From an uncultured bacterium (GTDB lineage Bacteria > Fidelibacterota > Marinisomatia > Marinisomatales > TCS55): a stretch of DNA of 64,000 nt. The DNA lies in contig CAZORD010000001.1 of the NCBI GenBank assembly GCA_964582455.1, forward strand, positions 9,693 to 73,692, in the 5' to 3' direction. A program made the translations under genes and the position numbers. The notes under the pieces were generated by a model that saw nothing but the letters and a program-made list of their open reading frames with translations, was not told where the DNA came from and ran no database searches. Shown here piece after piece: positions 56,741 to 64,000 of this stretch (position 1 is the stretch's first letter; each line of letters opens with the position of its first letter).

Positions 56741-58563
56741 TCAAGATTGATTATAATAAGTACGATACGATTCCAAAACTTTTTTGGCGTCAGGTGGAAT
56801 CATTCCCGGATAAAATTTCCATCTGGAGTAAGGAAGCTGGTTTATGGAAATCATTCACCTGGAATGATTATGGATCAACTTCAAAAAAGATTGGGAATGC
56901 TCTATATGCATCAGGTATTCAAAAAGGGGATAAAATTTCCATCTTGAGTGAAACAAGGCCTGAATGGGTCATGTGTGATATGGGTATTATTTGTTCAGGG
57001 TGCGTGACAGCTCCCATTTACCAATCCAATACGGAAGAACAAGTTTTCTATATTGCAGATCAAAGTGACAGTGTTCTTGCTTTTGTAGAAGACCAGGAAC
57101 AATTGGATAAAATGCTGGCGATATGGGACCGATTGCCAAATATTAAAAAAATAGTCGTTTTTGATCGTTACGACCCAACGGATTTACCAAATGTTTTTTC
57201 CTTTGAACAATTTTTGCAATTAGGTCGTAAATATGGAGAAAAACACCCTAATAAATTTGAAGAATTGATTACCTCAAGTCAGCCGGATGATTTGATCAGT
57301 TTTACGTATACGTCCGGTACCACAGGGAATCCAAAGGCCGGGATGTATACAAGCAGAAATATTATTGCCAGTGCTAAATATTTACCTGATGCAATTAGTG
57401 TAAAAGATAATGATTTCTATGTTTGTTTTTTACCTTTGGCCCATATAGCTGAGCGATTGATTGGACATTTCATCAGGTTTTTTTCCGGACATCCTGCTGC
57501 CTTTGCTGAAAGCATTGAAGATATGCCGCAAAATATTCGCCAAACGGGCCCCACAGTCGTGTTTGGCACTCCCAGGGTTTGGGAGAAATTTTACGCCAGG
57601 ATAATGACAGGTATTGGCGATGGCACGTGGCTTCAGAAAAAGATTTTTTATTGGTCGGTCCAAATGGGTAAAATATATTGTGAAATTCAAGAATCCGGAA
57701 ATACTCCAAGTTTGTGGTTGAAGACAAAGTTAAGTATTGCCAGATTCCTAATCCACGACAAGATTAAAGATATATTTGGTGGTAAAATTCGCACTATTCT
57801 TACTGGTGCAGCACCAATTTCAAAGGAAATCATTCGCTTTTTTAATTGGGTTGGCTTGGAGGTATATGAAGCCTACGGTATGACAGAAACATCCGGTGTT
57901 ATTACTGTGCAATCTGAAGGAAAGACAAAAATCGGGTCGGTTGGTATTCCTATACCCGGAACGGAATTGAAGATCCTGGATGATGGTGAAATATGTTGTC
58001 GTGGTGATCAAAATATTCAAGGTTATTACAAAAATGAAGAAGCAACAAATGAATTATTAAAGCCCGATGGTGAGGGCGGATTCTGGCTGCACACGGGTGA
58101 TGTAGGCCATATCGATGAAGAAGGCTATTTATTTATTACTGATCGTAAGAAAGATATTATCATTACAGCTGGGGGAAAAAATGTGGCACCCCAGAATATT
58201 GAGAATCTCATGAAGACCAGCCCCTATATTTCACAGGCAATGGTTCATGGGGATAAAAAACCTTTTTTAACGATGTTGGTCACGTTGGATGAAGATGAAA
58301 TAACCAAATTCGCCCGGGATCAGAAAATCCTGTACCAGGACTTAGGTGATTTGACTAAAAAAGATGAAGTAATTAAACTGATCAATCATGTGGTGAAAGA
58401 GAAGAATAAGGATTTGGCTTCCTATGAGTCCATAAAAAAATTCCGCATTTTAGAAGAAGAATTAGACCAGGACAAAGATGAGGTAACACCCACTTTAAAA
58501 GTGAAAAGGAAGGTTGTAACTGCACACAATCAAGGTTTATTGGACGGAATGTATAAGTCATAA
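56737..58563 (+). CDS. Long-chain fatty acid-CoA ligase (FadD15-like)
   Basis: YTSGTTGNPK, FLPLAHIAER, YGMTE, WLHTGD, TPTLKVKR; ATGA overlap at 56737. Confidence 0.9.
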   Translation: MIKIDYNKYDTIPKLFWRQVESFPDKISIWSKEAGLWKSFTWNDYGSTSKKIGNALYASGIQKGDKISILSETRPEWVMCDMGIICSGCVTAPIYQSNTEEQVFYIADQSDSVLAFVEDQEQLDKMLAIWDRLPNIKKIVVFDRYDPTDLPNVFSFEQFLQLGRKYGEKHPNKFEELITSSQPDDLISFTYTSGTTGNPKAGMYTSRNIIASAKYLPDAISVKDNDFYVCFLPLAHIAERLIGHFIRFFSGHPAAFAESIEDMPQNIRQTGPTVVFGTPRVWEKFYARIMTGIGDGTWLQKKIFYWSVQMGKIYCEIQESGNTPSLWLKTKLSIARFLIHDKIKDIFGGKIRTILTGAAPISKEIIRFFNWVGLEVYEAYGMTETSGVITVQSEGKTKIGSVGIPIPGTELKILDDGEICCRGDQNIQGYYKNEEATNELLKPDGEGGFWLHTGDVGHIDEEGYLFITDRKKDIIITAGGKNVAPQNIENLMKTSPYISQAMVHGDKKPFLTMLVTLDEDEITKFARDQKILYQDLGDLTKKDEVIKLINHVVKEKNKDLASYESIKKFRILEEELDQDKDEVTPTLKVKRKVVTAHNQGLLDGMYKS

Positions 58564-58572
58564 ACTGCCTCT

Positions 58573-59445
58573 ATGAAAAAGATCATTATATTTTTAGTTA
58601 TGCTATTCTTAATCAGCTGTGAAAAGGATGAAGGCGAAACTTATTCAAAGGATCTGATAGGCAATTGGGACGGATTCAAGACCAATTATGCATACAATAT
58701 TATTTCGAATATTACCCAAACAGTAAATAATCCTTATGAAGCTGGTTTAGGCTCCATTGAACTGCAGGGTGCAGAGGAAGCAACCTTGCAATATATGTAT
58801 TTGTACTCAATAAACGGTGTACAGCAAGTTTCAATGTCAGATAAACCATTTGGTGTTACGACTGAAGAAACGCATTATGGGTTAAAAATATATGATTATG
58901 GAGATTTTGGAACATACAGCCAACTGACTAAATATTATGCTGATGCAGGTGAAAACTACGAAGGGGAACTTGATTTCAGTGTAAATGGTTCAGAGATAAC
59001 AGTGACCTCAGGCGCGTTGTATCATCCATCCATCAATGACAGTGTTACTGTAACAGGAACACTGGCTCCGGCGCAAGCAAGTATCACTGCCGGAAATGAT
59101 TCGGAACTGGGAAATGTTGATTGGGTTTTTGATACTTTTGAATGGAATTTCAACATCATAGATGATAATTCCTTTGAGCAAAAAATTGTTACAGTTGACA
59201 CTGGAATAATAGAATACTTAGGTACATGGGAAGCCACCGGCGATGAGATCACTTTTCACTATACAAATTCCTCAGATACCTATGCTTACAGCGTAAACGG
59301 CTCAAGTTTGGAATTGACTTTTGTGAAAGATTTATGTACCCTGAATCCCGATGAATGCCTGCCGTTGTACGAACTGCAATACGGTATGGAAAGCGGCTCG
59401 CTGGAACAAGTGGTCCAGGTGAAAACGACTTACTTCAGTAAATAA
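58573..59445 (+). CDS. Hypothetical lipoprotein (lipocalin-like beta-rich)
   Basis: Lipobox LISC; LIGNW and GTWE motifs. Confidence 0.65.
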   Translation: MKKIIIFLVMLFLISCEKDEGETYSKDLIGNWDGFKTNYAYNIISNITQTVNNPYEAGLGSIELQGAEEATLQYMYLYSINGVQQVSMSDKPFGVTTEETHYGLKIYDYGDFGTYSQLTKYYADAGENYEGELDFSVNGSEITVTSGALYHPSINDSVTVTGTLAPAQASITAGNDSELGNVDWVFDTFEWNFNIIDDNSFEQKIVTVDTGIIEYLGTWEATGDEITFHYTNSSDTYAYSVNGSSLELTFVKDLCTLNPDECLPLYELQYGMESGSLEQVVQVKTTYFSK

Positions 59446-59450
59446 CTTCT

Positions 59451-60191
59451 CTATTTACTCCCAAACATTTTTATTATTCCATCGGGTAAAATCTTTAAAA
59501 GAGATATCATCATTTTCATTTGCCAGGGAAAGACAAATGTTTTCTTACCACTGTCAATAGCGTTTGCAATTTTATCCACGGCCGTTTCCACGGGCATGAG
59601 GAAAGGCATCCCCTTTAAATCAGCAGTCATGGGCGTTTTAATAAACCCGGGACAGATGGTGGTGACTTGTATATTATATTTTTTAAGGGATAGACGCCAG
59701 CTGTCGGCCATGAGACGGATATTCACTTTGGCTCCGGCGTAACCGCCATGGTAGGGAATACGCATAAACGATGCCACTGAACTAACATTCACCAGGATAC
59801 CGCTTTGTTGTTCTTTCATTGCAGGAATGAACGGCATGAGCGTATTGGTAACACCAATGACATTTGTTTCAATTATATTGTTAATTGCAGTGGCGTCGCC
59901 ACTCATGAGGTCATCATGGCCGCCGATTCCGGCGTTGGCGATAACCATATCAATCCCGCCCGTTTGTAGTATAAAATCGTCAGCAGATTCCTTGGCTGCG
60001 AGCCGATCTTTTGCATCCATTTGATATATATACGTTTTGCCGCCATATTCACGGCAAGCTGCAGCAACTGTTTCCAATTTTTCTTTTCTTCGAGCAGACA
60101 GCCCAATAGTAGCGCCTTGCCTGGCATAAACATATGCTAAATGTTCACCAATACCGCTGCTGGCTCCGGAAATGAAAATGCGTTTACTCAT
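59451..60191 (-). CDS. Short-chain dehydrogenase/reductase
   Basis: GASSGIG, NAG, YAGAK, PGFIKT. Confidence 0.92.
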   Translation of the reverse strand: MSKRIFISGASSGIGEHLAYVYARQGATIGLSARRKEKLETVAAACREYGGKTYIYQMDAKDRLAAKESADDFILQTGGIDMVIANAGIGGHDDLMSGDATAINNIIETNVIGVTNTLMPFIPAMKEQQSGILVNVSSVASFMRIPYHGGYAGAKVNIRLMADSWRLSLKKYNIQVTTICPGFIKTPMTADLKGMPFLMPVETAVDKIANAIDSGKKTFVFPWQMKMMISLLKILPDGIIKMFGSK

Positions 60192-61096
60192 AGTTCGAAT
60201 TTTTGTCCTTCATAAGCGATACGGTAACCTTGATCATTTACTTCTTTAAAAGCATCTGAATTTTCCTTCAATGCCGGATTGGTATGATTCAGGTGGATGA
60301 AATGTATCTTATTTTTTTCAGTATAAGAAATAGTTATAAAAAGATTCATTGTTTCAGTTATAAATGGATGGGGTATGACACTCATATCCCTGTTTGGAAT
60401 TTCACCATTGGCATAGAAAGAGCCATCTATTAAAGCATAATCCACTTTTGTTACTTCATCTCGAATATTTTTTTCCCATTTTGACCATTTATCAATATCC
60501 GGAATAAAAATAAGTGATTTGTTTGGGCCATCTATTTTATAACCGACTGTTTCAGAATATTCATCCCGATGGGGCACTAAAAAAGGAGTGATGGAAATAC
60601 CAGGAGTTAATTTAACAGTTTCATCATTTTTTAATTCCCGGATTGCAATATTTTTCAGCGATACCAGCTGATCCCAGGGGGCACTGTTTTGCAGAAACGA
60701 TTTCATCCTGGGCATGGCGAAAACAGGCATTGAACTTGCACCCATTACTTCGCGGCCAAGATGCATTAATCCGGTATAATGGCCAATATGACCATGGGTT
60801 AGAAAGATCCCTTTTAATTCTGCCTGCTGTTCCTTTGTAGCCATCTGGTGTTGTGTAGGAAAGTCAGGTGTTGCGTCGATCATCCAAACTTGTTTGGAAA
60901 TAGGATCTACAATTGCGATGGCGGAAACTTTTTGATGTTGCTCCGGTTTATCCCACAAGTCGCTGCAGCAATCTTTATCACAACCGGCATGGGGCCTGCC
61001 GCCATCCTGGGCAATGCCTAATACAAGTACATATGGACTTTCTTTAGCGTAGGATAACGCAAAAACTAAAAGCAATAAAGTGGCGAGTCGCATCAA
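60188..61096 (-). CDS. PqqB-like metallo-beta-lactamase-fold hydrolase with signal peptide
   Basis: LGIAQDGG, THGHIGH, PHRDE, HLNHTNP. Confidence 0.8.
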   Translation of the reverse strand: MMRLATLLLLVFALSYAKESPYVLVLGIAQDGGRPHAGCDKDCCSDLWDKPEQHQKVSAIAIVDPISKQVWMIDATPDFPTQHQMATKEQQAELKGIFLTHGHIGHYTGLMHLGREVMGASSMPVFAMPRMKSFLQNSAPWDQLVSLKNIAIRELKNDETVKLTPGISITPFLVPHRDEYSETVGYKIDGPNKSLIFIPDIDKWSKWEKNIRDEVTKVDYALIDGSFYANGEIPNRDMSVIPHPFITETMNLFITISYTEKNKIHFIHLNHTNPALKENSDAFKEVNDQGYRIAYEGQKFEL

Positions 61097-62187
61097 ATCT
61101 TGATGAATATCTTTTTACGGTACATGAAATACAAAATCAGCCACCACAGCATAACATTGGCCAGGGCAAACAGGAGCGAACCGTTCATATTTCCGGCTAA
61201 CGAAACAAACCAATCAGTGTACATATATGAGTAAAGTGACCTGTTGTCCACTTGCAGCCACAGCAAGGTATTGGTCCAGATGCCGGATGCGGCATAAACA
61301 AAGAGAGAATTAGTACCAAATATTTCAAAAGCGTGAAAAGGTTTTTTCATAGTGTTTATATCGATGATCCAGATCAATACAGCCAGTGTCATAAAAGCTA
61401 TACCGCCGGTGACCAATACATACGGGCTGGTCCATAGCTGTTTATTGATAGGGAAAACAAAACTCCATGCCCAGCCGGTTAAAATCAATAAAGCACCCAT
61501 AATGAGCATTTTTTTAACATTGTCAACCTGGTCTGTAGCTGAATGGATCATGACCCCGGCAAAAAAGCCCAGCAGGACGGTCATAATGGATGGGATGGTG
61601 CTTAACAAACCTTCGGGGTCAAAGGGGATACCAGTGCCCTTATAAAGATGTGACGCCCCCAGGATAGCGATATCAACTGTACGGGTGAAATTGGTTTCCA
61701 GTTTGTAACCGCCATTCCACGCTAGCAGTTGCCAGTAGCCAATGAGTGAAACGATTAGTATTATCCACAAATGCTGGATCTTAAAACGCAGCACTAAGAC
61801 AGCCGCAATTCCATAACACAGGGCGATGCGCTGTAGGACGCCCATAATGCGAAAATTTCCAATTTCAATTCCAAGTACCAGAGTGCCGTATAAATGTCCT
61901 AATAAGCCGATCAGGAAAATAATGGCAGTGCGTTTGGCAATTTTTTGATACACCTCTTTTGTTCTGCAAAAATCATGTTTGCTGAAGGAAAACATCATGG
62001 CCGTGCCGACAATAAACAGGAAAAAAGGAAATACAAGATCCGTCAGCGTTAAGCCGTGCCATAGGGCATGCCGCAAGGGAGGATACACATAGGACCAGCT
62101 TCCGGGAGTATTCACCAAGATCATCAAGGCAATGGTCATGCCTCGGAATACATCGAGTGAGATAAATCTTTTTTGCTGACCTGTCAT
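61093..62187 (-). CDS. HGSNAT/NagX (DUF5009)-like membrane acyltransferase
   Basis: SLDVFRG, DLVFPFFLF, GVLQRI, DPEGLLST, PINKQLWT. Confidence 0.85.
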   Translation of the reverse strand: MTGQQKRFISLDVFRGMTIALMILVNTPGSWSYVYPPLRHALWHGLTLTDLVFPFFLFIVGTAMMFSFSKHDFCRTKEVYQKIAKRTAIIFLIGLLGHLYGTLVLGIEIGNFRIMGVLQRIALCYGIAAVLVLRFKIQHLWIILIVSLIGYWQLLAWNGGYKLETNFTRTVDIAILGASHLYKGTGIPFDPEGLLSTIPSIMTVLLGFFAGVMIHSATDQVDNVKKMLIMGALLILTGWAWSFVFPINKQLWTSPYVLVTGGIAFMTLAVLIWIIDINTMKKPFHAFEIFGTNSLFVYAASGIWTNTLLWLQVDNRSLYSYMYTDWFVSLAGNMNGSLLFALANVMLWWLILYFMYRKKIFIKI

Positions 62188-62188
62188 A

Positions 62189-63463
62189 TTAAACTTCTTG
62201 TTTCTTCCCGAATTCAGGGTCAATGGGCAGGAACCTGATTAGAAGCAGCCCTGGAATGGTAGCTACCATGACCCAGATGAAAAAGGACTGGTATCCGATC
62301 GTTTCCTGCAGGGCGCCGCTGAACATACCCGGAATCATCATACCGAGAGCCATGAATCCGGTACAGATTGCATAATGGGCTGTTTTATGTTCACCTTCCG
62401 AAATCATCATCATAAAAAGTAAATAAGCTGTAAATCCAAATCCATACCCGAACTGTTCAACAGCTACAAACAAGTTTACCAACAGATAGTTTTCCGGCTG
62501 AGTATAAGCCATGTACACGTATACCAGATCCGGAAGTTTCATAGCCAGGGCCATCAACAAAATCCAAGACTTCAACCCATGTTTTGCGGCCAAGAAGCCT
62601 CCAGCAATACCTCCCAAGGTCAGCATAATTATTCCCATGGTGCCGTACACAAAGCCGTATTCGGCGGTCGTAAGGCCTAGTCCGCCAGCATCAAATTTTT
62701 CTAGCATAAACAATGGAGCAATCTTTACTAGCTGTGCTTCCCCAAACCGGTAAAGCAGAATGAAGGTAATCACCAGAATTATATTAGGTTTTTTAAAATA
62801 GGACGTGAACACATGGAGGAAACTCTTAAAAGCTTCTGCCGGTTTAAGATTTGAGTGTAGCACATCCTTTTTTGGGTGTGGCAAAACCAAGCGATGGTAA
62901 ATACAAAAGAAAATAAAGAGAATGCCCAAGATGCCCATAACGATTGACCATGCCAGTTTTGTGTTTCCGGTAGTGGTTTCCAGCCATCCGGCTAGAATTA
63001 CCAAAAAGCCCTGACCAGTAATGATAGCAAAACGGTAGAAAGTATTGCGGATGCCTACGAACCAAGCCTGGACATGCGAAGGAAGCCCAAGCATATAAAA
63101 TCCATCAGCGGCAATATCATGAGTTGCGGAGCTGAAAGCGAGCAGCCAGAAAAATGCGAGTGTAAGTTGAAAAAAGTTGGAAGCCGGAATAGTCAGCGCA
63201 ACTCCGGCTAATCCACCGCCGATTATCAGTTGCATGGTCACAATCCAGAAGCGTTTGGTTCCCAGGATTTCTACCAGTGGGCTCCACAGCGGCTTGATGA
63301 CCCATGGCAGATAGAGCCAGCTGGTGTAGAGTGCAATATCAGTATTGGAAATATCCAGCCGTTTGTACATGACAACGGAAACAAGCATCACCATCGCATA
63401 GGGCAGTCCTTCGGCATAATAAAGTGAGGGAACCCATGTCCAGGGTGATCTCTGATTTTTCAT
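62189..63463 (-). CDS. ampG: AmpG-like muropeptide MFS permease
   Basis: LYYAEGLP, PWVIKPLW, SATHDIAADG. Confidence 0.82.
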   Translation of the reverse strand: MKNQRSPWTWVPSLYYAEGLPYAMVMLVSVVMYKRLDISNTDIALYTSWLYLPWVIKPLWSPLVEILGTKRFWIVTMQLIIGGGLAGVALTIPASNFFQLTLAFFWLLAFSSATHDIAADGFYMLGLPSHVQAWFVGIRNTFYRFAIITGQGFLVILAGWLETTTGNTKLAWSIVMGILGILFIFFCIYHRLVLPHPKKDVLHSNLKPAEAFKSFLHVFTSYFKKPNIILVITFILLYRFGEAQLVKIAPLFMLEKFDAGGLGLTTAEYGFVYGTMGIIMLTLGGIAGGFLAAKHGLKSWILLMALAMKLPDLVYVYMAYTQPENYLLVNLFVAVEQFGYGFGFTAYLLFMMMISEGEHKTAHYAICTGFMALGMMIPGMFSGALQETIGYQSFFIWVMVATIPGLLLIRFLPIDPEFGKKQEV

Positions 63464-64000
63464 GATGAGTAAATATGAGTCAGCTTAGCTTTCGGAAAAT
63501 AATGGGTAAGGATAAATTCAGTGGTGGAACCGTTCAGTGCCATTCCAAGCGCTCCGATCTGACATAAACCAACGCCGTGGCCCCAACCTGCTCCATTGAA
63601 TTCTATAATTGAATCATCCATGTTTATGACAAAACATGAGCTGTATAAAAAAGAAGGGTGGAGTGTTTTGCGAATATCAAATTCGTTGTGAAGCTGGAGT
63701 GTTTTTGATGAACCATCTGCAGTTTGATAGTCTAAATATAAGTGATTTATTCTTCCGGATTGTCCCCGATTTAAAGCATCAATTTTTGTTATTTGCGTAA
63801 CGTGCTCATTGATCTTTTTGGAGAAAAATTCACAGAACTCTTCTTGAGTATAACTGACCTTCCATCTAAAATAATGGCCATCCTTATCTACATTACCTAA
63901 ATATTTATGAAGCTCCTGTTCATCTAAAAAAGTCGGACTGCAGTATGTTTCCGGTTTTCTAGTGAACCAATTATCCCAATTGATATCTTTGTTTTTGGTA
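63460..64000 (-). CDS. SpoIID/LytB domain protein, 3' part (5' end outside window)
   Basis: Manual translation ...LYSSCF...GAGWGHGVGLCQIGA...ILTHYFP...YSS*; TGA overlaps the ampG ATG. Confidence 0.85.
   Translation of the reverse strand, partial: TKNKDINWDNWFTRKPETYCSPTFLDEQELHKYLGNVDKDGHYFRWKVSYTQEEFCEFFSKKINEHVTQITKIDALNRGQSGRINHLYLDYQTADGSSKTLQLHNEFDIRKTLHPSFLYSSCFVINMDDSIIEFNGAGWGHGVGLCQIGALGMALNGSTTEFILTHYFPKAKLTHIYSS

Noticed and set aside
60188-61096. PQQ biosynthesis locus
   Set aside because: No pqqA/C/D/E nearby, and the protein carries a signal peptide.

Overview
AT-rich bacterial chromosomal window, gene-dense and mostly housekeeping. Gene style suggests a marine FCB-superphylum organism, most likely Marinimicrobia-like; this is inferred from the FlgD/T9SS-like C-terminal sorting domains, the PorV/PorQ-type barrel and the Cys-less SecA tail. 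In order, it contains: phoH; a thiolase-ACAD-ilvE-nusB-secA operon; a five-cohesin secreted protein; tRNA-Leu(TAG); a 14-kb respiratory supercluster; a 1508-aa acyl-CoA ligase-GNAT fusion; a TonB-receptor/CTD-cargo/PorV-like triad; HD-GYP, SLC13, MATE and phhB genes; a lipid catabolism/uptake block; and the end of a SpoIID-ampG-NagX-like operon. The respiratory supercluster comprises a HEAT protein, Rieske, split cytochrome b, an 8-heme cytochrome c, a cupredoxin-like protein, an A-family oxidase and its assembly factors. The lipid block comprises MaoC, a broken amidohydrolase, FabH, an AGMO-like desaturase, ALDH, a LIV-type ABC transporter and FadD. The strongest novel signal is that the 8-heme cytochrome and oxidase subunit II both end in the identical acidic peptide DDWGDDDW, written with different codons, and a Lys-rich blue-copper-like protein is encoded between their operons. 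This is a candidate tail-docking electron-shuttle or supercomplex system. Also notable: CoxA appears to start at ATT and lacks the K-channel Lys, there is a possible ether-lipid catabolic module, and there is a scaffoldin-like protein. No CRISPR array, rRNA or transposase was seen.
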